Both the position numbers and the translations under genes were made by a program. A DNA stretch of 64,000 nucleotides from Felis catus (taxonomy: Eukaryota). The notes beneath the pieces are model-generated. The model did no database searches, was not told where the DNA came from, and worked only from the letters and a program-made list of their open reading frames with translations. Each line of letters opens with the position of its first letter. Within the stretch, counting starts at the first letter, position 1. Below, one piece after another: positions 1 through 12,485 of this stretch. The DNA lies in the NCBI RefSeq assembly GCF_018350175.1, contig NC_058369.1, positions 10,356,001 through 10,420,000 of the forward strand, read 5' to 3'.

Positions 1-385
1 CTCCTCAATTCAATATGTTGAAATCCTAACTCCCCGTGTGGCTGTGTTTGGAAATGGGGTGTCTAAGGATGGAACAGGCTAAATGCGATCATGAGAATGG
101 GGCCCCGATCTGATAGGATTAGTGTCTGTAGAAGAAGAGACACGAGGGCTTCCTTCCCTGCCCGACCACTGTGTGTGTGCAGTGACGAAAGGCCATGTGA
201 AGAGACAGCAAGGAGACAGACACCTTCAAGCCAGGAAGAGAGGTTTTCTCCAGAAAAGAGAACAGCCAGAACCTCGACCGTGGGCTTTCCAGCCTCCAGA
301 ACGGCGAGAAAATAAACTTCTGTTGTTTAAGCAGCCCGGTCCGTGGTGTTTTGTTACAGCAACTCGGGCACAGTCATACACCTGC
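1..385. mobile_element. MLT1-type MaLR LTR fragment
   Basis: aattcaatatgttgaaatcctaac...ttccagcctccagaac...gagaaaataaacttctgttgtttaagc signature. Confidence 0.75.
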
Positions 386-1519
386 TAGATTAACCGACTG
401 AGGGAGAATGTCTTGATTAAGTCAACATGTCTCCAGTCCTGAGGGTCCCCGTCGCCCCTTTCCAAATGTCACGCGGGTGGTGAGGATGTCCCCATCCGAT
501 CTGGCAAACACGAAATGGGGAATTTTCAGACTGTGACATAGCGTCGCAGATGAGCTTTGCTGCCTGCTCCATCGCCATTCTCTTTTGAGGAAGCCAGACG
601 TGACGGTCTCGTTCCCATCTCGCAGGCACTCTGTCCCCCAGCCTCCCCGTGTCAGCTTTCAGGTCGCACCCCTAAGCCAATGGAAAGTAAGGATGTTCTC
701 CCTGGGGAGCCGGCAAGGAACCTCAGTGAGCGTGAGACAGAAGTGGCCGCAGAGGAATGAGCCTCAGATGGTGCTGCGTTCCCTCTGCAGTCCCGCAAGC
801 TTGAAGACAGTTCTGTGACCCGTGGGAGGGTCGCTGATGGATCACGCGGATAAGAGGACGGAACACTCCCCACCTGGGCAGGATAGAACCTTCTCGCGAA
901 AGTGAACAGCCGAGAGAGCGCCCGGCGCGAAGCAAGCACAGGAGAAAGTGACCCAAATAAAGGACAGATGGCAAGCGTGGAACCAGGAAGAAGAGAAACC
1001 TCAGCCTGTGGGCAAAGGCAGGGCAGGGGAAGCAGGGGCGAGCAGGGAACCCTGAGAAGATGTGAACTTCACCGGGATGTGGCAGGGGAGCTAAGGAGGG
1101 GGGTGAAACAACAGCGTTCTCCGGATCTCACTTCTTTCCTGGGGGAGGGGAAGCAAGGGTGAAATGAAGCAGCTTTTTCTTTTTCTTTCTTTCTTTCTTT
1201 TTTTTTTTTTAATTCCTGTATCGTTAACACACAGGGACGTGTGTTGTATTAATTTCAGGTGCATAGCGCGGTGACCCTACGCTTGTTACTCGGTGCCCAT
1301 CACGGTGAGTTCGCTCTTCATTCCTTTACCTGAAACGAAGCGTCTTGCTGGGGAAAACAGTGCATCTTGGCGGGGGGAGTAACTGCTGAGTTTGGAAGAC
1401 GATGGCACAGACACACATGGGTGATTATGAAATTAAGAGAAGAGGAGGTCGCCGTGAAGGGGATGGAAAAGTCTATCAGAACTTCCAAATAAATGAAAGA
1501 AGATGCTGATTTCGTGAAT

Positions 1520-1520
1520 T

Positions 1521-1588
<68 letters not shown>

Positions 1589-1646
1589 TTTTTCTTTCTT
1601 TCCTTTCTTTCCTTTCCTTTCCTTTCCTCCCTTCCCTCTCTCTTTT

Positions 1647-1702
<56 letters not shown>

Positions 1703-1704
1703 TT

Positions 1705-1736
<32 letters not shown>

Positions 1737-1822
1737 TTTTTCTTTCTTTCTTTCTTTCTTTTTTTCTTTCTTTCTTTTCTTTCTTTCCTTTCCTTTCCTT
1801 TCCTCCCTTCCCTCTCTCTTTT

Positions 1823-1920
<98 letters not shown>

Positions 1921-2527
1921 TCCTCCCTTCCCTCTCTTTCTTTCTTTCCTCCCTTCCCTCTCTCTCTCTTTCTTTTTCTTTCTTTCCTCCCTCCCTTCCT
2001 TTCTCCATTCCCTTTTTCTTTCTTTTTCTCTTTCCTCCCTCCCTTTCTTTCCTTTCTTTCTTCCTTTCTCTTTGCTCCCTCCCTTCCTTCCCTCTTTTTC
2101 TTTCTTTTCTTTTCTTTCTTTCCTTTTTCTCTCTTTTGTCCCTCCCTTCCCTTTTCTTTCTTTATTTTCCTTTCTTTCTTTCCTTCTTTCTTTTCTCTTT
2201 CTTCCTTTCTTTCTTTTTTCTTTCTTCCCTCCCTTCCTTCCTCCCTTCCCTCTCTTTCTTTTTCTTTCTTTCCTCCCTCCCTCCCTTCCTCCCTTTCCTC
2301 TTTCTTTCTCTCTTTCCTCCCTCCTTTCCTTCTTCCCTTTCTTTCTTTTTCTTTCCTTTTCTGTTTCCCCCCTCCCTTTTTGTCTTTTCTTTGTTTGTTT
2401 CTTTCTTCTCTTTTCTCCCTCCCTTCCTCCCCTTTCTTTCTTTCCCTTTCTTTCTTTTCTTTCTCTTTCTTTCTTTCTTTCTTTCTTTCTTTCCTTTTTC
2501 TTTTTCATCCCTCCCTTCCTCCCTTCC

Positions 2528-2562
<35 letters not shown>

Positions 2563-2600
2563 CTCTCCTTCCTCCTTTCCTTTCTCCCTCCTTTCCCCCG
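1520..2600. repeat. ~1.08-kb polypyrimidine/polypurine low-complexity tract ((TTTC)n, (TTCC)n)
   Basis: Direct inspection; only a handful of purines on the + strand. Confidence 0.97.
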
Positions 2601-2619
2601 TTCTTAAAGATGTTACTTT

Positions 2620-2831
2620 TAAGTTTATTTAATTTTAGAGAGAGAGAATGAAAGAGGAAAGAAAACACCCATGCCTGTGGGGGGATGGGCAGAGAGAGAG
2701 GGAGACAAAAGATCCCAAGCAGGTTCTGCGCTGACAGCAGAGAGCCCAATGTGGGGCTCAAACTCAGGAACCATGAAATCATGACCCGAGCCCAAGTCAG
2801 ACACTTAACTGACTGGGCCATCGAGGTGCCC
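2620..2831 (-). mobile_element. Can-SINE (SINEC)
   Basis: tRNA-derived head, (CT)n linker and A-tail in reverse orientation. Confidence 0.85.
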
Positions 2832-2961
2832 CGGAAGCATTTCTTTCTTGATGAGTGTTGAGCCAATAGATTTTTCCGCGTGGCAGTCACCACCCACAGG
2901 AGTCCCCATGCTGCCTCCCTTCCACTCCCGCCACCGGGTGGTTTGAAAATTACCCCTTTAC

Positions 2962-3087
2962 CATTGCATGTCTCAAGGGGGAATGTGAAGAATTTCTTCC
3001 CAGAGTCAGAAGCGTATCCAGAGTCGCAGGTACAGTAAGTGCCGTGGACACAGAAAGCGTGTTGGGGGCACTGTGGACAGGTAGCTG
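2962..3087 (-). CDS. ADGRE3: ADGRE3 coding exon 3, first EGF-like domain (A)ATCPQCPQHAFCVHGTYCTCDSGYASDSGKKFFTFPLETCN(D)
   Basis: ccctgcag acceptor, gtaaag donor, 126 nt, six Cys; FTFPLETCND motif as in EMR3; remainder of the gene lies left of the window. Confidence 0.93.
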
Positions 3088-3389
3088 CTGCAGGGAAAAG
3101 AGGGGGCAGGTCAGATGTCAGCGGGGTTGAGAGATGTCTATTACCATTTGGCTTTGCCTCTCTGACTGGGGCCTCTTCAGGATGAGGAAGCCTACACCCT
3201 TTTCCTCTTTTGAGATCTTAAGTACATTACAAAACGAGAGCTACGAAACCCAAGTTACAGAACAAAGTGAGGATTCGTTTGCATGACAGAGGTCTGGAGT
3301 TGGCGTTAATTTTCACACAAAAATTTCAATGCAATATAATGGTGCTATTCTCAAGATCGGCACAGTATTTTTATTTTTACTTATTTAGT

Positions 3390-3433
3390 TATTTAAGTTT
3401 TTATTTAGTTATTTTGAGAGAGAGGGAGGGAGG

Positions 3434-3469
<36 letters not shown>

Positions 3470-3800
3470 CCCAAGCAGGTTCCGCACTGTCAGTGCAGAG
3501 CCCTCTGCAGGGCTGGGTCTCACCAACCGTGAGATCATGATGTGAGCCGAAATCAGGAGTCGCGCGCTTAACCCACTGAGCCACCCAGGTGCCCCCATTG
3601 CAGAATCTTTAAAAGGGGGGAATGGATTGGTTAAGACCCTGGGGTCGATCCTGGCTCCACAACTTATCAGCCGTGTGTCTTTGCATCTCTCTGTGCCTTG
3701 TACCCTCATCTGTAAAATGGATTATTGTGAAGAGTAAGTGAATTAATACATGTAAAGTGTGTTGGGCAGTGCCTGGCACACAAGACGTATCAGCTAGGAT
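3390..3800. mobile_element. Can-SINE (3390-3596, minus) followed by a MIR fragment
   Basis: SINE head ...gccacccaggtgcccc; MIR core cctcatctgtaaaatgg...acatgtaaagtg. Confidence 0.8.
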
Positions 3801-4019
3801 TATAAAAACTTGAAAGTGTAGGGACCCACAGGAGGTATATTCGGATACGGGTTCACATTATCTTTGCAAGTCTATGTATGACTCCAAATAGATAGAGATA
3901 CGCTAATGACCTTAAGGTGGGCCCTCTTGGGAATGATTGGAGCCGAGGAAGTATCTCGAACACTCCCTATGCGGTGTTCACAGGGAGAGGGGACTGGGAA
4001 CCTGATGGGGGCCACAATG

Positions 4020-4130
4020 CAGTCTGGCTACTCAGAATGCATCCCCCAGCAGTTGGTTAGAAATGCAGAAGCTCAGGCCCCACCCTTACACCTGCTGAAT
4101 CAGAATCTAGTGAGATCTCTAGGGGATTAA
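4020..4130. mobile_element. MER5A-like hAT fragment
   Basis: gttagaaatgcaga..ctcaggccccaccc...gctgaatcagaatct. Confidence 0.6.
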
Positions 4131-4349
4131 AGTTAGCCTTAAGTCATCTTGTTTATTTTTTTTGTTTTTGTTTTGGTGCCTCGCTTATTATCAGAATAAA
4201 ATGATTACCGTCCTGCTCTGTCTCTCCCCTCTGGAGTGCTCACTTCACTTCCTTTGTGTGTTTTAGCCTCTGTTCTATTTCTACATTGGGCACATTGTGG
4301 TGACTGAAAAAAAATGAACAAAGGACACTACAGTAAAAAGATACATTAA

Positions 4350-4545
4350 GGGGTGCCTGGCCGACTCCGTTGGAAGAGCGTGTGACTCTTAATCCTGGGG
4401 TCGTGAGTTTGAGCTCCACATTGGGTGTAGAGATTGCATAAATAAATAAAACCTGGGGCGCCTGGGTGGCTCGGTCGGTTAAAGGGTCTGACTTCGGCTC
4501 AGGTCATGATCTCACGGTCCGTGGGTTCGAGCCCCGCGTCGGAGC
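4350..4545 (+). mobile_element. Two tandem Can-SINE fragments
   Basis: ggggtgcctggc... short SINE and ggggcgcctgggtggctc... truncated head. Confidence 0.75.
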
Positions 4546-4682
4546 AAGCATCCCCAAGTTCTACTCCCAGAACAAGCCTCTTTGCTCTAGCCCATTGGAG
4601 GATGTGAGTGGTCCCAGATGTACCCTTGGTCTCCACCTTTCCTGGTCTCGGACTATGGAGAAGTCAGGCGTTGAACACTTAC

Positions 4683-4733
4683 CTTTGGTCATCTGAGCCA
4701 TGACTTCTGACAAACTCAGCAGAAAACAGAGTC
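4683..4733 (-). CDS. ADGRE3: ADGRE3 coding exon 2, signal peptide (G)LCFLLSLSEVMAQMTK
   Basis: ttccag acceptor and gtaagt donor, 51 nt, phase 1/1; matches recalled EMR3 GLCFLLSLFGAVTQKTK. Confidence 0.92.
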
Positions 4734-5869
4734 CTGGAACAGGGAAGCAGAAGGGAGACACGTGAGATGGCTGTGGAAAGATTCCAGGAAATTCTCCAAG
4801 GGCTGTGTACCCGCTATCCACTGCTACATAAAAACCATCACAAAATGTAGTGGCTTAAAACAGCGAGGTTCATTTTATCATCTCTCATGATTTCTTTGCT
4901 TTGGGAAGGGCTCAGCTGGGTGATTCTGGCTTGGGGTTTCTTACACGGTTGCAGTTAGGCAGTGGCTGGGGCTGGAGCAGCTGGGAACTGACTGTGCATT
5001 GTCACCCCTTTATGGAGCCTTAGACTTGGGGAGTTTGGCCTTCCTCCCAACATGGCAACCTTGGGCAGGCAGCTTCCATGGCAGTTCAGAACTCTAAGAA
5101 GGAGTTTCCCCGCCAACGGGCTATGTGTCCTGTTAAGATCCAGCCCTGGAAGCCATGAAACTCCACTCCTATCACATTCTCCTGGTTACAAGCAAGTCGC
5201 CAATCCACTCAGATTTACGTGGATAAGAAACAGTCTTCCTCTTGAGGGAAGATGGGCAAGGTTCTAGAAACACTTCTTAGAAGGGAAGTACTGTTTTTGC
5301 CTTCCTTCTTGGGAAATGTGGGCTGCCTCTACTGTGGCTGATCAAGTGCTCCTTCCTCTTCCCCAAAACTTCCCAGCGTTTGGTGGTGTCATCAGCGTGT
5401 TCCTGCTTGGGTAAAGACCTGAAGACAATGGATAGATGGGTGGCTTCTCTTTCCCTTTCCTGAGAAATCCGACACCACTCTGATAGCTAGTTCTCCCCTC
5501 GCCTTCTTTTCATTCTTATTACATACCAATATGTAGAATTATTTTCCATTTGCAAGGATAGTACTAACAGCTGGTATGGTGCAGGAATTGGCCAATCAGA
5601 ATGGACTCTGGACCCCCTTCTCTACTCCAGCAGATGTTAATGTAGATGCCCAATTATGGGGAGGTGGGTTGGGTCCCAGGGCAGGGTTTGGGTGGGCAGG
5701 AGTGTCGTGGGAGCTGGTCCTGGGCAATGATTGGTGTGGGCACAAATGGTGTGGGAATCTTTCAATATGAACAACCAACCAATGGCTCCTATAGTGCCCA
5801 CTTGTTGAAGTTTAGCTCTGGTGACTAGTCACTTTATTTGCAACTTTGGTTATCCCTTGAGAAAGTGGC

Positions 5870-6270
5870 TTCTGCAGATGAATGGATACAGAAAATGTGA
5901 CATATATATAATGGAATACTAGTTGGCCTTAAAAAATAAGAAAGTCCTGTCACTCGTGGCAACATGGATAAACTACAGGACATTATTCTGAGTGAAATAA
6001 GTCAAACACAGAAGGGCAAATACTGTATGATTTCACTTAACGTGAAATATCGAAAGGAGTCACACTCATAGTAGCAGAGAACAGATTGGTGGTTAGCAGG
6101 GGCTAGGGGGAGAAGGAAATGGGAAATTGCTTTTCAATGGATATAAAGTTTTTGTTATATAAGGTAAGTTCTGGAGACCTGCTGTAAAACCTAGTACCTG
6201 TAGTTAACCATACAGTGTTGTGCAGTCCAAGATGCATTAAAAGAATGGATCTCATTTTATGTGTTCTTAC

Positions 6271-6312
<42 letters not shown>

Positions 6313-6475
6313 GAAATTTTTGTAGGTGAAATGTTTGGTATCTTCATTGTGGTGACGGTATTGTGGGTGTAAGGTGTATACATACGTACAAACTTATCAA
6401 GATGTATATACTAAATGTGTGCAACTTTTTGGTCTATCGATTATACCTCAATAAAGCTAAAATTAAAAAAGAAAG
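5870..6475 (+). mobile_element. Old L1M 3' end with (CA)n at 6274-6310
   Basis: gatgaatggata...aatggaatact...ctgagtgaaataagtca...tatacctcaataaagct. Confidence 0.8.
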
Positions 6476-7017
6476 TGGGTCCTGGCAATGGAAGGGTCTC
6501 TGTTAACCAAGTTGGGCGACGGGTGTAGGTCAGGGTGGACCAGTTAGGTAGAGCTGGGGTGAACTTCAATTCCTGTACATAGAGGACTGAGATCAGGGGA
6601 TTGAGAGAGTCTGAGGCCGACAGTCTGGAGAAGATGGGGGTGTGTGGCTTCCCTGGGGAGGTCCAGAACATGTATCAGCTGGTGGCTGTGAAACAACACT
6701 TACAGGGAATTTTTGGAGTAAAAGGCAGCATGCCCTGGGATGCAACCACTCCCTCCATCCTGTCTATAAACACGCCAGTGAAACCCCCTTGGAGAGAGAT
6801 ACCATGTCTTGGAGAGGGGATTTCTTTGGTGGGGGTGGGACAAAATTCTAAGGCCAGCCTCTACAACGTCTAAGGGGAATTGAGTTCTCATTCCATGCCA
6901 GGCATTGTTCTAAGCACCCTAGGCACGTGCCCTTAATCTAGCTTTGCAATGACTTCAGGAAATGAGTGCTGGTAGCATGATCCCAGTTGTGCAGATGAAG
7001 AAACAGAGACACAGAGA

Positions 7018-7260
7018 GGCGCCTGGGTGGCTCAGTTGGCTAAGCATCTGGCTTCGGCTCAGGTCATGTTCTCGTGGTTTGTGGGTTCGAGCTCCGCATC
7101 AGGCTCTGTGCTGACAGCTCGGAGCCTGGAGCCTGCTTCCGATTCTGTGTCTCCCTCTCTCCCTGCCCCTCCCCCCCCCCCCCCCCGCTCACACTCTCTC
7201 TATGTCTCTCAAAAATGAATACTAAAAAGAGAGAGAGAGAGAGAGAGAGAGAGGCACAGA
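7018..7260 (+). mobile_element. Can-SINE (SINEC_Fc)
   Basis: ggcgcctgggtggctcag head and tail. Confidence 0.9.
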
Positions 7261-7634
7261 GAGACTAAGTAACTTGCTCCACTTCCCAGAGCTAGGCAGG
7301 GGCAGAGCTGAGATTCAAGTCAGGCTCTGGGCTCCTGCTGATAACCTATCAACCCACATGACCTCTCTTTCAGAAATCCCACACGTGCTGCATGCATGGA
7401 GGTGCCATTGACAGCGACAGGTTTACAGTGACAACGACTGGAGGAAAGGGTACCTTTTCTTCCAGTAGATGCTGCTCCCCAGATATGACAGTCCAGTAGA
7501 AGGGGTGATATGTTACTTGGTCATTTGGGGGGCAATCTAGACCGACTGCAGGATTTGGGAGACAAAGCCCTATGGGCTAGCGGCAACCCTTTAAGAATGG
7601 GAGGGAGGGCAATGCTACCTCTTTTTGGGTTTCC

Positions 7635-8655
7635 CTTTATGAGTTTCTGGTGGTTGTGAAATTACCACGAATTTAGTGGCTTAAAAACAACAGAAATGTA
7701 TTCTCATATGGTTCCGTAGGCCAGACGTCCAAAGTTAGCCTCACTGGGCTAATATTAAGGTTATCAGTGGGGCTGCTTCCTTTTGGAAGTTCTAGGGGAG
7801 AATCCATGACCTTCCACTTCTGGCTGTCAGAGGTGACCCACATTCCGCGGCTGACGGTCTACCCTCAAAACGAGCAGTCGAGTATTTTCCTTCCCTTCTG
7901 GTCTCCTGCCACCCTCTTAAAAGGACGCCCATGGTTAGAAGAGGCTCGCTTGTATAATCCAGGATAATCTCCCCATCTCAAGATCCTTAGCATAATCCAT
8001 ATCTGTAAAGTCCCTTTGAGCATGTGACGTTGCTTGGGACATGACACCTCAAAACATGCTGCTGTGGCATGTTGCTTATTTTATAGAGTGGAAGGCACTT
8101 GAGAAACAGCACTTGCAGGGAGGGCTTTCTGACCTACCTTTTCCTGCTTAGAATCAGGCCGTAACATTTCCCCCGAGAGAGAGGTGCCCTCCCTGTGCCA
8201 GGAAGCGAGGGATGTCCTTACCACCAGACTGGGAATGCACACTGAAATGGATCTGTATAAACACACTCATTGGAACGGCCCTTGGCTTCCCCCAGTTATC
8301 CCTCCAACAGACCTCCTAGTCACTTTCGCACCATTCACCATCCCTAGCCCCAACCCCTCCGTCTTGTCCCTTGACAAAGTCGTCATTTCTTTGTCGAAAA
8401 GGCACAAAAGCTTTGTGCTCTGGTGTCACTTTCCTGGGTCTTTGTTCTCTTGTGAAGGCTCCCGTGTACATGTTGCAGGGTAATGAAACTTGTCTGCTTC
8501 TCTCCTGTTAATGTCTTATGTCAGCTTAATTCTTATTCTCGGCCAGAGACCCTAAGAGGGTAGAGGTGAAGTTTTTCCTCCCCTACGCTCATATGGTAAC
8601 ATATTCACAGGCTGCAGGGGATTAGGACATTGACATCTTTGGGGGGCTGTCGTTC
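7635..8655. mobile_element. MLT1 LTR interrupted by a MER34-like ERV1 solo LTR (~8030-8587)
   Basis: MLT1 motifs resume at ~8590 (ggtaacatattcacagg); inner element ends ...gtagaggtgaagtttttcctcccctac as MER34-type LTRs do. Confidence 0.6.
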
Positions 8656-8999
8656 GTCCTTCCGTGCTGCCTGCATTAAAGAGGGTGCTCGTTGTGATCA
8701 GTTACTTACACAACCGCATTCATGGACCATTTTGAATAGTTTTGTTTGTCCAATGAATATATTCTCAGCTGGGCTGTGGACTGCTTAGCGGCAGGGTCCT
8801 GGCATATTTCCTAATACATTTAAATTTCCCTTCCCCCGACTTTGGTATAATAATTACTTTGCAGAAGTGGCCTAACACTACACCTGCCCAAATGACGAAT
8901 ATAACTCACAGAGCCAAGTAGTAAAACATATAGGTTGAAAAGCGTTTCCTAGTTCCTGAGGCTCAGGCAGCCGGGGCACCACCACATTTTCTTTTCTTT

Positions 9000-9693
9000 C
9001 TTTCTTTTTTTTTTTTTTTTTAAATCTTTTTAACATTTATTTATTATTGAGAGACAGAGAGACACAGAGCATGAGCAGGGGAGGGGCAGACAGAGAGGGA
9101 GACACAGAATCCGAAGCAGGCTCCAGGCTCTGAGCTGTCAGCACAGAGCCCGACGCGGGGCTCGAACTCACAAACCGCGAGATCAGGACCTGAGCCAAAG
9201 TCGGACGCCCAACCGACTGAGCTGCCCAGGTGCCCCAACCACCACATTTTCTCAAGCCTAGTCCTCAGGGCCTCCTTCCAGTCCAGCCAGCAACCTGTGC
9301 TCAATACTATGTGCGTGCGTCTTAAAATTGGGGTTTCCCAAGAGTTATGAGCATGCCAGCATCCCACAGTTCTAAGAAACTTTAGAAATCATCCACTGAC
9401 TCTTTTTGTCAATGAGGAAACCGGTCTGGAGGTCAAGTGGCTTGGACACTATTTGTGCAAGTTGTTTAATTGCTTTGATTCCTTATATGAAACAGGGAGA
9501 CAGCATTGCCTACCTCCTGGGGTTGGGGGTGATGACATAAACGAGGGCATGTGTGAAGTGTAATATCTGGCAGAAATCACTCCGTAAATGCTAGCTGTCC
9601 CCACGATCATTTTGTTTGCACTAGAATCCAATTCTTTTTTTTTTAAAAGATTTTTTTTAATGCTTATTTATTTTAGAGAGAGACGGGCAGAGG

Positions 9694-9727
<34 letters not shown>

Positions 9728-9903
9728 CAGAGAGACAGAGCATGAGAAGGTGAGAGGTAGAGAGGGAGACCCAGAATCCGAAGCAGGCTCCAGGCTCTGA
9801 GCTGTCAGCACAGAGTTCAACCCAGGGTTCGAACCCACGAACCGCGAGACCATGACCTGAGCCAAAGTCGGATGCTCAGCTGACTGAGCCACCCAGGTGC
9901 CCC
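9000..9903 (-). mobile_element. Two Can-SINEs (9000-9236, 9640-9903)
   Basis: Full heads and tails; TSD-like accaccacattttct flanks the first. Confidence 0.9.
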
Positions 9904-10769
9904 GAGAGCTTATATTATTTTGATAGACTTTATGATCTACCACCTGCCTCTGCAACTAAACAGCTGTGAGACTTGAACCAAGTCCCATAACCTCTCTGTG
10001 ATGGTATTTTGTAACATTCACGTGAAGAATTTGGTACAATAATGCAGGTAAAACTATTTTAGCTTGATGTGAGGCTAGAGTAAGTGCTCAATAAATGTAA
10101 GCTTTGGTTGATATTATGGTTATTGGTATGATTGATATTATGGCTATTGGTATTGCTATTTGATCTGGAGCCGGAAGGCTGGACGGGACTTCAGAGTTGG
10201 GAAACCGTCTACACAGAGGTGGCGACTGAAGCCACAGGATCAAGAGATTCCGGGAGCGGGAGCAGAAAGACGAGTCCCTGAGCAGAATCCTGTGGGAGGA
10301 GCATAATGGCAAAGAATTGGAGCCAGGCGGCTTGGGTTCGAGTCCTGTTATTTACAAGCTGTGTGACCTTGGGCAGGTAACACAATCTCTCTGTGCTCGT
10401 TATTCTCATCCCTAAGATGAGGAAAATACTGGTACCCACCTCATCGGCCCACTGTGAGGACTGAATGGGTTAATACATACAAGGTGCATAGTGAGTGCTC
10501 GAAAATGTTGCTTGTTGTTCATATTCTTGGCACAGGACAAAGAAAAAGGATGGGGGGGGAGAGAATGGCGAGAGAGGTAGAGAAAAAGTCGGATCAGTGC
10601 CAGGTCACACAATTATCAAGGAGGAGAGGATGTCAAACAGAAAACCTGTGAAGATGAATATGAACAAGTCCTTGGATTGGACCATCAGGAACATTTTAGG
10701 GATATTTGACAATGCAGTCTGAACAGGGTGGTGAGGAAAGAAACCATAAGCCAAGGGGAAGAAGGGAAT

Positions 10770-11226
10770 TTTTTTTTTTTTTAATGTTTATTTATTTTTT
10801 TTTAAAGATTTTTTTTTTTCAATGTTTATTTATTTTTGGGACAGAGAGAGACAGAGCATGAACGGGGGAGGGGCAGAGAGAGAGGGAGACACAGAATCGG
10901 AAACAGGCTCCAGGCTCTGAGCCATCAGCCCAGAGCCTGATGTGGGGCTCGAACTCACGGAGCGCGAGATCGTGACCTGGCTGAAGTCGGACGCTTAACC
11001 GACTGCGCCACCCAGGCGCCCCAAATGTTTATTTATTTTTGAGAGAGACAGAAACAGAATGCGAGCGGGTTGGGGCAGAGAGAGAGGGAGACACAGAATC
11101 GGAAGCAGGCTCCGGGCTCTGAGCTGTCAGCACAGAGCCCGACCCAGGGCTTGAATTCATGAGCTGTGAGATCATGACCTGAGCCGAAGTAGGACGCTCA
11201 ACCGACGGAGCCACCCAGGCGCCCCA
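10770..11226 (-). mobile_element. Young SINEC_Fc nested in the tail of an older SINE
   Basis: Two complete heads; aatgtttatttattttt repeated on both sides of the inner copy. Confidence 0.88.
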
Positions 11227-11339
11227 GAAGAGAATGTTTAAAGCAGAGCAGAAGAAAGAGAAGGAAAAGACAGCTGATTGTTGAACCCACTAGCTCGGTT
11301 CAATCCCAAGGTCACAGTGAATCCCAAGGTCACACATAC

Positions 11340-11364
11340 CTGGAAGGAGTGATGGCCCTTGCAT
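11340..11364 (-). CDS. ADGRE3: ADGRE3 (EMR3) coding exon 1, start of signal peptide MQGPSLLP(G)
   Basis: Minus strand reads gcaggaATGCAAGGGCCATCACTCCTTCCAG|gtatgt; 25 nt, phase-1 GT donor; matches recalled human EMR3 N-terminus MQGPLLLPG. Confidence 0.9.
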
Positions 11365-11530
11365 TCCTGCATGTAGGTAACCTTTGCCAGCCAGCTCTTG
11401 AAGCTCCTCACTGTGCTTTTAAGCTGACCACCTCTCTGACTGCAAGGAAATATTAGGAGACTTGATACACATACCTTAGGTTAGCTGACTAAGGAAATTT
11501 CTATCAGAAAAGGGAACTTGTTCTTGTCTT
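11365..11530 (-). promoter_or_regulatory. Probable ADGRE3 5'UTR/proximal promoter with ETS/PU.1-like purine boxes
   Basis: Immediately upstream of the ATG; aaaagggaact at ~11508-11518 and aggaaa motifs; TSS cannot be placed from sequence. Confidence 0.4.
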
Positions 11531-11593
11531 TCACCACCAGGCCCATGGTTCTGCTTTTTTGTTTATTTTCTGTATGTTTTCTGCACTCATTTT

Positions 11594-11820
11594 TTTTTAA
11601 ATATTTTTTTTTTTCCCAACGTTTATTTATTTTTGGGACAGAGAGAGACAGAGCATGAACGGGGGAGAGGCAGAGAGAGAGGGAGACACAGAATCAGAAA
11701 CAGGCTCCAGGCTCCGAGCCATCAGCCCAGAGCCCAACGCGGGGCTCGAACCCACGGACCGCGAGATCGTGACCTGGTTGAAGTCGGACGCTTAGCCGAC
11801 TGCGCCACCCAGGCGCCCCT
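11594..11820 (-). mobile_element. Young SINEC_Fc in the ADGRE3 upstream region
   Basis: TSD ctgcactcatttt at 11581 and 11821. Confidence 0.92.
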
Positions 11821-12485
11821 CTGCACTCATTTTCATATGCTCCTTTGGTGGTAGGTTTTCATAGCTATTGTTGATTGCCCTTGGGGTGACAGAATCAACT
11901 GACCATAGGAGAGGAATGCCTTTTAGTTACAGAGCATTATCTGAGGAGTGGGAAGTGACTTTGGTGTCAAAATCAAGCTTCAATAACGCTGTGGTTTTGA
12001 GTTGGGTAAGCCAGAATTTAGGGTATCTCTGTTGGTATCTCAAGTTACTGGAGCAGTCATTTTCACAAATCTTGGTATTTTTACCTCCTTAGCAGATGGC
12101 ACTCCACAGATCTGGCTGGAGTCCCAAAAATCCAGTCCAGGGTGATAACTTATTTGGTTATCTGGAGCAATCCAAACCAATTGCAGGATTTGGGAGAAAA
12201 CCTTAAGTCCTTCCCTCCTCCGGCAAATACTTATCGAGACAAATATCACTAAGTGACAGGATCTCTGCTACTTTCTAGGGATACAGCAGTGAACAAAAGT
12301 AACACAATCTTTTCTATTAAGAACTACAGAGGAAGGGAACTTGGAGGAAAAGCAGGTTTTTGGGGGGAGAGACAGGGTTAAGTTTTGGATAAGTTGATTT
12401 TGAGGTACTGTGATTTCAACGTTCATTATACATACAGTCGATCTGGTTCACGCACAAAAGAGGGGGCTCTCCTCCCTGCTATCTA

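Noticed and set aside
390..1320. Next ADGRE3 exon (calcium-binding EGF2)
   Set aside because: No DINEC-like Cys pattern with splice sites found; the exon is presumably outside the window
1318..2893. Long K/E/R-rich and F/L/S-rich ORFs (up to 396 aa)
   Set aside because: Translations of the (TTTC)n tract; no coding signal
7018..7100. tRNA-like A/B boxes here and in other SINE heads
   Set aside because: Can-SINE heads, not tRNA genes
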